A DNA stretch of 64,000 nucleotides from a virus. Taxonomy: Duplodnaviria; Caudoviricetes. Location: positions 4,622-68,621 of the IMG/VR virus record IMGVR_UViG_2974545452_000001; one strand, 5' to 3'. The position numbers were made by a program, and so were the translations under genes. Below the pieces are notes generated by a model that saw nothing but the letters and a program-made list of their open reading frames with translations, ran no database searches and had not been told where the DNA came from. Below, one piece after another: positions 17,711 to 27,578 of the stretch (the first letter of the stretch is position 1; every line of letters begins with the position of its first letter).

Positions 17711-19852
17711 ATGGAACTGAAAACATTTTTCGCTCAAGATAAATTCGGTAACTTGGTGCCAGGCGCGACCGTTACCGTGTATTTGTCTGGCACAACGACA
17801 TTGGCCACTGGATTGAAAGATCAAGCTGGCGCGGCGTTGTCCAACCCATTCAACGCCGACAGCACTGGTAAAGCAGCTTATCAAGCGCCGAACGGAACCT
17901 ATGACATGGTCATCGGAACCGCTGATGGCACAACCAGCCGAATCGCCTTGCAGTTTTTCGACTATAACACAGTAATCGATGCGCAAAACCAGACGGCGGC
18001 GAATCTGGCTGCTCAGCAAGCGTTGTTGACGCAGACTCAAGACATCATCAATAACGCTGGCGACCAATCCACCCTCGTTCGATTGAACCAGCCGGATGCT
18101 GTGACGATTGTTGGAGCAGGGCCGCAGGGTTATGGCACCCCTCCTTCAACAACGCCTCATTTGAGCGATGTAATCAAGCGTGTAACACCGTTCCAATTCG
18201 GCGCTAAAGCAAACGGAACGGATGATGATGCGCCAGCTATTCAAGCCGCTCACGATTGGTGCATGGCGCAGTCAGCGCGTGACCCAAGCGACACGACAAG
18301 ACGCACTGGCGGCTATATCCTGGACTTGAACGGGCCGCGCTACTGGACAATCAAGTCATCCATGACTTGGAATATGGGCGACATAATCATCGAAGGCGGA
18401 ATGTCAACGCTTGATTGCCGTCAATTCCCGGTAGGCACCGACATCAACAACCAGACTGTCGTAATAAACGCAACGTATGGCGGCGCATATCACCAAACGC
18501 GCTCTTGGTGGCGTGATATTAACATGTTGGGGCCGGGCCAATCTTCTTTCTGTACGGCAATACGTTCCAACCGAACCGCTGCCGCTCCTGGTGGCTACGA
18601 GCGCCTCAGCAACGTGTTCTACAACGGCAGCATCGAGGCATTTGGCCGAGGTCTTTCCGTTGGCTCAAACAGTTATTTCCAAACGTACTACAATTTCTCA
18701 TTCGGCCACTGTAATGAGGCTTATTACTTCGAGCCGGGCGGAAAGAACTATGGTGAGCAGATCACCTTTTACTCCTGTGTATTCAACGCCGGTAACTATC
18801 AGGTGACCACCTATGGTGGTATGTCCAACTTCTATGGTTGCTCTTTCGACTACTGCTATCACCAGCAGATGGTGCTCAACGGCGGCATGATTAACTGCGT
18901 GAACTGTTGGTGGGAGGGATACGGCCCTGTTGATTATATCATCAACATCCCTGAGTCAACGACGTCTGTTAGATTGAATATCATCGGCGGCCTGTTCTCA
19001 TTCAAGGCTGGTGCCACCGGTGCTGAGTCAAGAGCGACCTCAAACCCGTTCTATTTCGGCACGCGTGCAGCGGTTAAGTTCGAGAACGTTCAATTCCAAA
19101 AGCTGGGCAACGCCTATTATGGCGACTCAACAACGGCATGGATTGATGGCGCATCCCAAGGCGTTTCATTCAGCGGCTGTTATTTCCCTAATAGCGCAAA
19201 CTCATTCACGACTGTGGTGATGAACTCAGACCCAACAGTGATAAACAACCAGTTTGCAACTGACAGCTACACGCTTGGAATAGGCGCTGAAAACTGGCTA
19301 GGTGACGCATGGATTCTGGCGAACTCCGACAATGGACTTGTAAGGAAAAGCCGCTGGGGGTATGGCCTGTCCAATGGCGGCACTACGTTTTCGTTCACAA
19401 GAACAAACAATGGATTCGTCAACCTTGACGTCACTCAGCCAGCAAACTCAGGGACTTTTGAGGCAGTGGTTGGGATGATTCCTGTGAGAAGCACAGGTCA
19501 AGTCGTGCACTATGTATCTGGAAGCTTGTACCTGGGCACAGGTGATGGCTCTGTAAACATCAAAACTTATTGGGTCAAGCTGATCGTCAAGGGAACTCCA
19601 AGCAACCCCGATGAGCCTCAGATTCTTGAGATGGTTAAAGCGACTGATGTCAACTATCCAATCGGTGGCACTTCAGGACAATTGCACAACTTCCGTTGGC
19701 CTCCGTCTATGCCTACTGGCACTCAGTCTCCGGCTTCGACTATTATGGCTCCTGATTGGGCTACCCATTGCATACTCACTCTGGACATATCAAAGATCAA
19801 GCGAAATATGGGCGGTATCAGAATCAATGAAGTGTTCATGCGCCAGATATAA
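17711..19852 (+). CDS. beta-helix tailspike/depolymerase
   Basis: N-terminal beta-sandwich attachment domain, coiled coil, VTPFQFGAKANGTDDDAPAIQAA (pectate-lyase-3-like start), F-x-x-C-x-F beta-helix rungs. Confidence 0.8.
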   Translation: MELKTFFAQDKFGNLVPGATVTVYLSGTTTLATGLKDQAGAALSNPFNADSTGKAAYQAPNGTYDMVIGTADGTTSRIALQFFDYNTVIDAQNQTAANLAAQQALLTQTQDIINNAGDQSTLVRLNQPDAVTIVGAGPQGYGTPPSTTPHLSDVIKRVTPFQFGAKANGTDDDAPAIQAAHDWCMAQSARDPSDTTRRTGGYILDLNGPRYWTIKSSMTWNMGDIIIEGGMSTLDCRQFPVGTDINNQTVVINATYGGAYHQTRSWWRDINMLGPGQSSFCTAIRSNRTAAAPGGYERLSNVFYNGSIEAFGRGLSVGSNSYFQTYYNFSFGHCNEAYYFEPGGKNYGEQITFYSCVFNAGNYQVTTYGGMSNFYGCSFDYCYHQQMVLNGGMINCVNCWWEGYGPVDYIINIPESTTSVRLNIIGGLFSFKAGATGAESRATSNPFYFGTRAAVKFENVQFQKLGNAYYGDSTTAWIDGASQGVSFSGCYFPNSANSFTTVVMNSDPTVINNQFATDSYTLGIGAENWLGDAWILANSDNGLVRKSRWGYGLSNGGTTFSFTRTNNGFVNLDVTQPANSGTFEAVVGMIPVRSTGQVVHYVSGSLYLGTGDGSVNIKTYWVKLIVKGTPSNPDEPQILEMVKATDVNYPIGGTSGQLHNFRWPPSMPTGTQSPASTIMAPDWATHCILTLDISKIKRNMGGIRINEVFMRQI

Positions 19853-19871
19853 TTTGGTCTAGTGTCCAACC

Positions 19872-19917
19872 AAGCCCGGATGTAACTGTTGAGTTGCACC
19901 GGGCTTTACTATATAAT
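19872..19917 (+). promoter_or_regulatory. terminator hairpin overlapping an internal promoter
   Basis: AAGCCCGG-A-TGTAAC...GTTGCA-CCGGGCTT hairpin; TTGAGT-17-TATAAT at 19889-19917. Confidence 0.6.
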
Positions 19918-19935
19918 TCTATGTTGGAGGCCGCC

Positions 19936-20397
19936 ATGAAAGAAGAATCTGAGTTGCTTAAAAAGCACATGAAGGCTTTAAAGGAAGCCAAAGGTGTCAA
20001 AATCGATGCGGGCTGGTTCGCATCTGATAGATACCCGAATGGAAGATCAATCGCGGCCAACGCAAGGATTCAAAATGATGGCGGTACATGGCAAGGAAAT
20101 TGGGGTATAATCGTGATTCCGGCCAGGCCATTCATGACGCTTGCCTACAAAAATTTCGTTCAAGATAGAAGAAAGATTGAAAAGTCTTTGGTGACCAAGT
20201 TACTTGCTGGCAAAATAACTGTTGACCAAATGCTCAACCAAATAGGAATGGCAATGGAAAACTCCATAGTTGATAGCATCAAAAATGGAGGCTGGACACC
20301 TAACGCTCCAAGCACTATCGCCAAAAAAGGATTTGACATGCCGCTGATTGACGATGGTCATATGTGGCAAAACGTGAATAGTAAAGTGACTAAATAG
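19936..20397 (+). CDS. neck/tail completion protein
   Basis: GGAGG RBS; IPARPFM, PNAPSTIAKKGFDMPLIDDG. Confidence 0.75.
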   Translation: MKEESELLKKHMKALKEAKGVKIDAGWFASDRYPNGRSIAANARIQNDGGTWQGNWGIIVIPARPFMTLAYKNFVQDRRKIEKSLVTKLLAGKITVDQMLNQIGMAMENSIVDSIKNGGWTPNAPSTIAKKGFDMPLIDDGHMWQNVNSKVTK

Positions 20398-20407
20398 GAG
20401 TGCCACC

Positions 20408-21922
20408 GTGATTAGCCAATCCCGCTATATCAAGATTATCTCAGGTGTCGGTGCAGGTGCTACAGTTGCACAACGACAACTCATCCTGCGACTCATCACC
20501 CAAAACAGTTCCCTTCCTCCAGGCATCGTAATGGAGTTTGAAAACGAAGGCGCTGTTGGCGCATTCTTCGGCACTTCGTCCGAGGAATACAAGCGCGCGC
20601 GCGCTTACTTCTCGTTCATCAGCAAATCGATTGAATCCCCCGGTAAGATCAGCTTTGCACGATGGGTGAATGCCGCGATTGCGCCAATGATTGTCGGCGA
20701 CGCCACTGAAAAGGTACTCGGAGACTTCACCGCCATCACCTCTGGCAACATCGTGTTGTCGTCCAGCGGCACCCCGGTAACAATCAGTGGCATCGATCTG
20801 TCAACTGCTTCCGACCTGGCGCAGGTTGCTTCACTGGTACAAACCGCCATCACCACCGGCGCGTCAACCGACAACCAGCTCAAGTCGTGCACCGTGTCGT
20901 TTAATGCTGTTACACAACAGTTAACAATCACCGGCGCGGTGACTGGCTCTGGCACTATCACCTGCCAACAAGCCAATAGTCCTGATCTGGGCGTTCTGCT
21001 CGGCTGGCGCACCACTGGCTCTGTGAATGTTGCCGGTCAAGGTGCTGACGGCGCTGATGTTGCTGTTAGCAAGTCTGCGAATATCAGCAACAACTTCGGT
21101 TCGTTCGCATTCACGACGCCATCAACGCCACTCTCCAACTCTGACATCGCGACTATCGCGGCATGGAACCACGCGCAGAACAACATGTACATGTACACGT
21201 TCGCAACTCCGCTTGGCAACGTTGCCGCGATTTACCAGCTCGTTAAAGGCTTCTCTGGTTGTGCCATTAACATCCTGGGCGCCACCAACGACTTCATCGA
21301 GCAATCACCTGCGGAAATTCTCGCGGCCACCAATTATAACCGTGTGAACTCCACCCAGAACTACATGTTCTACCAATTCGCCAATCGCAACATCACCGTT
21401 AGCGATGACGCCACAGCAGATATTGCAGATGCAAACCGCGCCAACTATATCGGCGTGACTCAATCTGCAGGCCAACAGTTGGCATTCTACCAACGTGGTG
21501 TTTTGTGCGGCGGCTCCGCTGATGCATTGGACATGAACACTTATGCGAATGAGATGTGGATGAAAGCCACTATTTCTAATCGCATTATGTCGGCATTCCT
21601 GAACCAGCCGATTATTTCTGCAGACATTGAAGGTGAAGCGATTGTCCTGGGCAACATTCAGGACGTCATCAATGCCGCGCAGGATAACGGCGTTATCTCC
21701 CAAGGCAAGCCGATCAACATCACCAAGCAGCAATATATCACCCAAATCACCGGTGATAAGATGGCTTGGCGCCAAGTTAGCTCTATTGGTTACTGGGTCA
21801 CCGTTTCGTTGAGCAACACAACTGACAGTGCTGGCCTTGAGCAATGGGTGGCAGAGTACACGCTGATCTACGGTAAGAAAGATGCAATCCGCCGCGTCAC
21901 CGGTCGTGATGTGCTGATCTAA
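20408..21922 (+). CDS. tail sheath protein (DUF3383)
   Basis: MISQSRYIKIISGV, FGTSSEEYKRA, YANEMWMK, YGKKDAIR; 504 aa. Confidence 0.9.
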   Translation: MISQSRYIKIISGVGAGATVAQRQLILRLITQNSSLPPGIVMEFENEGAVGAFFGTSSEEYKRARAYFSFISKSIESPGKISFARWVNAAIAPMIVGDATEKVLGDFTAITSGNIVLSSSGTPVTISGIDLSTASDLAQVASLVQTAITTGASTDNQLKSCTVSFNAVTQQLTITGAVTGSGTITCQQANSPDLGVLLGWRTTGSVNVAGQGADGADVAVSKSANISNNFGSFAFTTPSTPLSNSDIATIAAWNHAQNNMYMYTFATPLGNVAAIYQLVKGFSGCAINILGATNDFIEQSPAEILAATNYNRVNSTQNYMFYQFANRNITVSDDATADIADANRANYIGVTQSAGQQLAFYQRGVLCGGSADALDMNTYANEMWMKATISNRIMSAFLNQPIISADIEGEAIVLGNIQDVINAAQDNGVISQGKPINITKQQYITQITGDKMAWRQVSSIGYWVTVSLSNTTDSAGLEQWVAEYTLIYGKKDAIRRVTGRDVLI

Positions 21923-21930
21923 TAGCCGCG

Positions 21931-21969
21931 CGCCCCGGCTTTCCATAGGTCGGGGCGTTACGCTATAAT
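21931..21969 (+). promoter_or_regulatory. hairpin overlapping an internal promoter for the tail tube
   Basis: CGCCCCGGC...GTCGGGGCG with TTCCAT in the loop, 17 nt from TATAAT (21964). Confidence 0.55.
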
Positions 21970-21992
21970 CTAAAGAACACAGGAGATTCACA

Positions 21993-22457
21993 ATGATCAA
22001 CATTTCCGGTTATGGCTTGCAGGCGCGTCTTACTGCATCCAATACCTTCCCGAACGGCATCACCATCACGGCTTTTGCCGATGACGCGGACTCGATGGAT
22101 GCGCCAGACTTCACTTTGGCGGATACCGGCAACGCGCTCAACGGCGAATTGCTTGTTTGGTCTAAGCCAGGCCCGATTGAGATTGGCCTTAACATCGTCC
22201 CTACCAGCGACGATGACGTCAACCTTGACGCATTGGCTGAAGCCAACCGTGTCGGCAAAGGCAAGCGCGGCGCGCGTGACGTAATCAATCTGGTCATCAC
22301 CTACCCTAACGGCTCAGTGATCAACCTCAACTCAGGCGTGATGGTGTTAGGTTCAATCGTTCCTAGCGTGACGCAGGCCGGGCGCTTCCGCACCAGGACT
22401 TATCGTTTCCGCTTCGAGAACGATGGCAAGAAGTACCAGCCTGCAGTGGTGGCATAA
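21993..22457 (+). CDS. tail tube protein (DUF3277-like)
   Basis: Follows sheath; NISGYG...TFPNGITITAFADD. Confidence 0.85.
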   Translation: MINISGYGLQARLTASNTFPNGITITAFADDADSMDAPDFTLADTGNALNGELLVWSKPGPIEIGLNIVPTSDDDVNLDALAEANRVGKGKRGARDVINLVITYPNGSVINLNSGVMVLGSIVPSVTQAGRFRTRTYRFRFENDGKKYQPAVVA

Positions 22458-22774
22458 TGCAAAAGATCCCCCTTATCAGCGTGCCTAACCAGCGATTGGA
22501 ATTCAATGCTGACGGCGCATATTGGCAAATCCACATCTATACCGCACTAACGGTTATGGTTGCGGACGTTTCAAGGAACGGCGTCAATATAATCAATGGA
22601 CAGCGCTGCTTTGCGGGGATCAAACTTTTACCCTATGCGTATATGACAGCGCCTAATTTCGGTAACTTCATCTTCAATGGTGAACCAGATTGGGAGCAAT
22701 TCGGCGTGAATGTTGACCTTTATCATCTTAGTGCTGCTGAGATGCAAGAATATGAATCTATGCTGAGAGGATGA
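22457..22774 (+). CDS. baseplate component
   Basis: MQKIPLISVPNQRL pattern; synteny. Confidence 0.65.
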   Translation: MQKIPLISVPNQRLEFNADGAYWQIHIYTALTVMVADVSRNGVNIINGQRCFAGIKLLPYAYMTAPNFGNFIFNGEPDWEQFGVNVDLYHLSAAEMQEYESMLRG

Positions 22775-22775
22775 A

Positions 22776-23126
22776 ATGTCAACGTCTACTATCCAAACGA
22801 ATGAGTTGAACGATATATTCCTGCCGGACGGTAAGAATATATCCATTCTGAGAAACGATAAGGCACTCACCCAAACTATCAGGCATGCTGGCTTGATGAG
22901 AAAGGGAGAGGATATTTATGACGTCGATAATGGCGTTGATTACTTTGGAACCATATTCACCCCTGTTGTTGATTATGACGCAGCGCGACAATCAATAGCT
23001 GCGGCGATATTGAAAAAGCCAGACGTAATAAACATTGAATCATTGGACGTCACCATTGACGGTGATGAATTTCAATATGAGGCCAAAGTCTTGACGACTT
23101 ATGGCGTTGTAAAAGTGAGTAGTTAA
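22776..23126 (+). CDS. baseplate wedge/sheath initiator (gp25-like)
   Basis: KGEDIYDVDNGVDYF; YEAKVLTTYG. Confidence 0.7.
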   Translation: MSTSTIQTNELNDIFLPDGKNISILRNDKALTQTIRHAGLMRKGEDIYDVDNGVDYFGTIFTPVVDYDAARQSIAAAILKKPDVINIESLDVTIDGDEFQYEAKVLTTYGVVKVSS

Positions 23127-23127
23127 T

Positions 23128-23382
23128 ATGAAAGTTATCTCATTTGAAAACGGCGTTATGGTTGTTGGTGAAGCTAATCAGGCCGCTGAAGAGCCTGTGC
23201 CGTCTTTTAATGCGACGCCAGAACAAAGCGCCGCAGACTTCAGAGCGTCTGTTGACGCCGCGCTCAAGCAAGAGCAGGCCATTGTCCCTAACGAGCCTTC
23301 AGAGCAAGAATCAGAACCAACGTTCGAACCTTCACCTGAAGCGCTGGCGCAATCAGAGCCTGAAGAGAAAGAGGAAAACTGA
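23128..23382 (+). CDS. acidic Pro/Glu-rich hypothetical protein
   Basis: 84 aa ORF in the tail operon. Confidence 0.6.
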   Translation: MKVISFENGVMVVGEANQAAEEPVPSFNATPEQSAADFRASVDAALKQEQAIVPNEPSEQESEPTFEPSPEALAQSEPEEKEEN

Positions 23383-23879
23383 TGCTAAACATATCCGGCT
23401 TTGGAACGGTCGCAACAATCATCGCTCTTCAGACTTTTCCGATGGGCTTCAACGTCACAGCATTTGCTGATGAAGAAGACCCCATCACAATTGACGCGAT
23501 TGAGCCGGTCGGATATGAAATGCTATACGACGGCGGCATAGCATCATATGATAAGGCCGCGCCAGTAATAGTGACGATTGCAGTCACGCCGAATACAGCA
23601 GACGACATCAATCTGAAAATTCTGCTTCAATCAAGAAAAGGCGGATTGCAATTACTTCCAATCCAGGACACAACAACCATGATCATATCTTATCCTGGAA
23701 ATGACAAGGTTGTATTAACCAATGGAACAATATTCAGCGGCCCTGTTGCAGACTCAATAGCATCATCTGGAAGAAAGAAATCTAACGTATACAAGTTTGT
23801 ATTTGCAACGTTTGGTGGTGCACAGAGCGGAACTGAAATTGCAGCAGGGGTGGTTCAAAACGTCCTGAGTATATTATAA
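23382..23879 (+). CDS. second tail-tube paralog (tube initiator-like)
   Basis: MLNISGFG...TFPMGFNVTAFADE aligns with 21993-22457. Confidence 0.8.
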   Translation: MLNISGFGTVATIIALQTFPMGFNVTAFADEEDPITIDAIEPVGYEMLYDGGIASYDKAAPVIVTIAVTPNTADDINLKILLQSRKGGLQLLPIQDTTTMIISYPGNDKVVLTNGTIFSGPVADSIASSGRKKSNVYKFVFATFGGAQSGTEIAAGVVQNVLSIL

Positions 23880-24409
23880 TGGCAAATACAATTTTTGGAG
23901 CGCTTTTAAGCCCTTCATCTTTTCAGTTATCATCCAACAACGGGCCAGTCAATTTGACTGGCGTTGCCGTCTCTAACGTGTCAATAAAATTCAACTCAAG
24001 AACGCTGAAGAACAGAAGAGAAGATGGCACTACGATTGCGCATGCAAGAATTAAAACGCCACTTCAAGTGCAAGTAAGATTCATAGCGCAAACACTGGAC
24101 GCGCTTCAAACTCTGTCAAAGATCATGAATGACGTTGATGGACTGTATGTGATGCAGAGTCGCGGCGTAAAGATAATCAACCTCAAAGCCCAACGCATGG
24201 AGCAGTCACAAACGCCAGATGCTATATCCGCAACACCGATAATGATGACGTTTGCCGGAATTCAGATGCAGGGCGTATACCGTCCGGTGTGTGTTCAACA
24301 GGGCGACTCATCGGTGATTGACTCTGGTATCGCCACGCTTAAAAACGTCGGCCAGAACATATCGGATTTCGCGAATGACATATCAGACAGACTTGGTGGG
24401 GTGCTCTGA
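23879..24409 (+). CDS. baseplate/tail structural protein
   Basis: Coupled ORF; similar architecture to 24409-24972. Confidence 0.6.
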   Translation: MANTIFGALLSPSSFQLSSNNGPVNLTGVAVSNVSIKFNSRTLKNRREDGTTIAHARIKTPLQVQVRFIAQTLDALQTLSKIMNDVDGLYVMQSRGVKIINLKAQRMEQSQTPDAISATPIMMTFAGIQMQGVYRPVCVQQGDSSVIDSGIATLKNVGQNISDFANDISDRLGGVL

Positions 24410-24972
24410 TGGCACAAACAATCCTGGCGTCAATATTCAGCCCAAAAGGCTTGAAGGTGATTGATGAAAAGACGGGTGCGCACATCTGGGCGTCCATGCA
24501 GGTCACGAAGGTTCAACCGGTTGATGACTCTGAGACTGCAGAGATACCTTTCGCGGTTGGACGGCTTTCTGACCCAGGCACTACTCAGAAAACATCCGAC
24601 TCTGATATATTGCCTGCTAAGGTGATAAAGCCTGCCATGATAGAAATAACAGCCATTGTTGATGATATACTGTTCAACTCAATCATCAATGTATTCAATG
24701 ACGTCACGCACACCTTGACTGTAACATCAAAATCAATTATAACTAATAGCATGTGCCTGGTTGGTATTGAGGCTGACCAGACACCTGATAAGCTCAATAA
24801 GACATCGCTGGTACTTACTTTGGAACAAGTCCAGCCGCCTACTAAAGCAAGCTTCAACCCATCGCAGAGCGCTGATCAGTCAATCCTTGGTACGAGGGTT
24901 CAAGCGCCAGAGTCCGTATCAGACACTGTAAGTGGGATGGTTGACGGCATAAAAAACAGACTGGGTATATAA
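24409..24972 (+). CDS. baseplate/tail structural protein
   Basis: Coupled ORF; ASIFSP start resembles GALLSP of the previous gene. Confidence 0.6.
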   Translation: MAQTILASIFSPKGLKVIDEKTGAHIWASMQVTKVQPVDDSETAEIPFAVGRLSDPGTTQKTSDSDILPAKVIKPAMIEITAIVDDILFNSIINVFNDVTHTLTVTSKSIITNSMCLVGIEADQTPDKLNKTSLVLTLEQVQPPTKASFNPSQSADQSILGTRVQAPESVSDTVSGMVDGIKNRLGI

Positions 24973-25385
24973 TGCAAATTACATCCAATGGCGTTAATAA
25001 AGAAATCATCATCAACAAATTCCCTGCTCTTGAAGGTTGGGATTTGCAGCGGCAATATACTGAATTTTTGGCCACTCGTGATCCGCATGAGCGCCTTAAT
25101 TACACAATGCTCATCCTTTCGCATGCATCTGTGGTGATTGGCGACGAGCCTGTCAAGCTGAAAACAAGCGCGCTGGTTGATAACCACCTTGTAACTTGGC
25201 AGAACGTGGAAAAGGTCTTCAAGGCCGTTCTCATCGAAAATGGAATTGATCCAGAGCGTCACGCAGAGCGTCCAGATTATTGGTCGAACGTCGGCGGCGA
25301 AATTGCCGCGTCTTTCATCGCAGAGACCATTCGACTGTTTGGGCCGCTGCTGGAAAAGCAAGAGCAAGAAAAAGATAAGGAATAA
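24972..25385 (+). CDS. tail assembly chaperone-like protein
   Basis: Immediately precedes tape measure; KFPALEGW. Confidence 0.6.
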   Translation: MQITSNGVNKEIIINKFPALEGWDLQRQYTEFLATRDPHERLNYTMLILSHASVVIGDEPVKLKTSALVDNHLVTWQNVEKVFKAVLIENGIDPERHAERPDYWSNVGGEIAASFIAETIRLFGPLLEKQEQEKDKE

Positions 25386-25388
25386 GTG

Positions 25389-27578
25389 ATGTCAGATTCA
25401 GCCGAACAATTCACAATGCAATATCAGATCGATCTGAAAGATTCAATTGATCGGTTGGAACGACTGCACGATAAAATCAGGAATGTAAATAAAGAGGCCA
25501 ACAAATCCTCAAAGAATTTAAAGGGCGCAGGCGATGGTATCAAAAACGCCTTTAAAGCGCTCTCACCACTGGCACCAGAACTTGCCGGGGCAACGGCTGG
25601 AGCGGTCGCGCTCACTGGCGGATTGATGGGAGTGGCGAGCGCCTTGGCAATTGTCGCCGTCGGCGTTAAGGCCATTATAAGCCTTCGAAAGGAATATGAT
25701 GTTCAGCGCCAACTTTCTTTCGACAGCGGCCTAAACGTAAGACAAATTGAACAATTCCAACGTCAAGCCGTTGGAGGTTCAAGGCTGAACTCTGAACAGG
25801 CTCGCGGCATCATATCAAAAACTTCAAATCTGGCATACAGCGCTTACACGAACCCTGATCCAATGAGTCGTGAAACGTTGATGCTGCGCCAGATGGGCGC
25901 TATGCCATTTACGTCGTCTGGCCGACTCAAAGACACGATGACTATTCTGGATGAAATATCCAAAAAGTTTCAGACTATGACCAAAGAGCAGTCGTATGCA
26001 CTTGGCCAGTCAGCCGGTTTCACACATGATGAAGTTGACGCGCTTCGTAACAGAACAGATGCGATGAAGCGCTCAACTCAGATGACCAAAGAAGATCAGG
26101 CGTTGCAAGACCGCGCAGCGCGTTCAATGGATGATTTGAATGAGCACTATAACAAGATGGTTGATCGCCTGCGCATCGCCAGTAACGTTATCGGTGCTAA
26201 CTTCGTCCCTATGCTTACCAGATTCATCGACTGGATTGTTGACGTATCTGAGAAAGTGCCAAAGCTTTTTACAGATGTATTCGATGAGTTGCGCGCTCAA
26301 TTCCAGGCAAGCATGAATACATTCTGGGACGTCGGCAGTGGCAGCCAAGACCGATATGCAAAAGAGTTGGAGAAGCAGCGTGCCGCCATCAAGGAGGATA
26401 ATGAGAAGCGCGCACGCAACACTGACAACGCAGCGGCACAGGCCAGAGAGCTACAGGCCAAGTTCGCGCGCGACGTTAATTTGTTCTCAAGCTCTGTGTC
26501 TGCTTTCGCCGGGGTAATCGACGAACGCCAAGCGATTGCGGCCTGGGCTGGCGAGGTTGGGCGCGCTGGCGGCATCGGCTCGCAGGTAGGCACCGCATCG
26601 CTGGGATCAGGCGCGACCATGGGAACACCAGTGCGTGGCACCAGCGTGGCACCGGCCCAGTACGCCTCTATCATCAAAGAGGCTGCAGCCAAATACAACC
26701 TTCCAGAGGATATTCTGGCCAAACAAATCCAGGTCGAATCCGGCTACAATCCAAATGCCGTAAGTGAAGCAGGCGCGGTTGGATTGGGCCAGATAATGCC
26801 TAGTAACTTTAAAAGTTTGGGCATATCAAACCCATATGACCCTCGCCAAAGCATCAATGGTATGGCTCAGCTGATGCGTGAATATATGAACTATACAGGC
26901 GGCGACATTCGTGAATCGCTGACTATGTATCACGGCGGCTACAAGAAATCTGGTTGGGGGCCGCGCACGTTGGCGTATGCTGACAAGGTATTAAACGCCA
27001 ACGTCAATTATGGCGGTGCCAACGCTGAAAGACCGGTTGGCGCTCCGCAGCTTCCAGTCGCATCACTTGGCGATGCCGACTACTCAAGAACGGCAGCACT
27101 CGGCGGCCACTATGCCCCTGTGGCGGGTGAGTCAAGGGCGAAAACTCAGGAATTCCAGGTGCGCGACGCAATCGCAAAAGCGCTTGGGGTTCCTACGGCA
27201 CAGTTGAACACTGGTGGAGTATCCCAGGGCGATATTCACTTCACGCGCGCCAAGCTTGAGACCAATCTCATGCGTGACATCCAGAGGAACCAACTGGCCG
27301 TTAATGCGCCAGGCATCCTTCCGCGCCAACAGGCAGAAGCGCAACAGCGCCTCCGCGCATCACTGATGCAGTTTGACGCGATGAAGCGCTATGGCCGTCA
27401 GATAGAAGACACAGGCCGAATGGGCGGCAGGGACATCACCTTGCAAGAAAAGGCCATATTCATCGAAATCAATGGCGCACAAAGTCCAGAAGATACAGGG
27501 CGCGAAGTGCAAAGGCAGTTGTATAGCTCTGACTTGTCAGATATAATTAACGGCTCTGCCTCAGCGGTGAAATACTAA
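25389..27578 (+). CDS. tape measure protein with lytic transglycosylase (SLT) domain
   Basis: Helical Ala-rich body; QIQVESGYNPNAVSEAGAVGLGQIMP; YHGG. Confidence 0.9.
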   Translation: MSDSAEQFTMQYQIDLKDSIDRLERLHDKIRNVNKEANKSSKNLKGAGDGIKNAFKALSPLAPELAGATAGAVALTGGLMGVASALAIVAVGVKAIISLRKEYDVQRQLSFDSGLNVRQIEQFQRQAVGGSRLNSEQARGIISKTSNLAYSAYTNPDPMSRETLMLRQMGAMPFTSSGRLKDTMTILDEISKKFQTMTKEQSYALGQSAGFTHDEVDALRNRTDAMKRSTQMTKEDQALQDRAARSMDDLNEHYNKMVDRLRIASNVIGANFVPMLTRFIDWIVDVSEKVPKLFTDVFDELRAQFQASMNTFWDVGSGSQDRYAKELEKQRAAIKEDNEKRARNTDNAAAQARELQAKFARDVNLFSSSVSAFAGVIDERQAIAAWAGEVGRAGGIGSQVGTASLGSGATMGTPVRGTSVAPAQYASIIKEAAAKYNLPEDILAKQIQVESGYNPNAVSEAGAVGLGQIMPSNFKSLGISNPYDPRQSINGMAQLMREYMNYTGGDIRESLTMYHGGYKKSGWGPRTLAYADKVLNANVNYGGANAERPVGAPQLPVASLGDADYSRTAALGGHYAPVAGESRAKTQEFQVRDAIAKALGVPTAQLNTGGVSQGDIHFTRAKLETNLMRDIQRNQLAVNAPGILPRQQAEAQQRLRASLMQFDAMKRYGRQIEDTGRMGGRDITLQEKAIFIEINGAQSPEDTGREVQRQLYSSDLSDIINGSASAVKY

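Noticed and set aside
21993-24972. Duplicated tail-tube and paired structural paralogs as a novelty
   Set aside because: Tube paralogs acting as initiators are a normal feature of this myovirus type
24972-25389. Programmed frameshift in the tail chaperone
   Set aside because: No clear XXXYYYZ slippery site, and no room for an extension before the tape measure start
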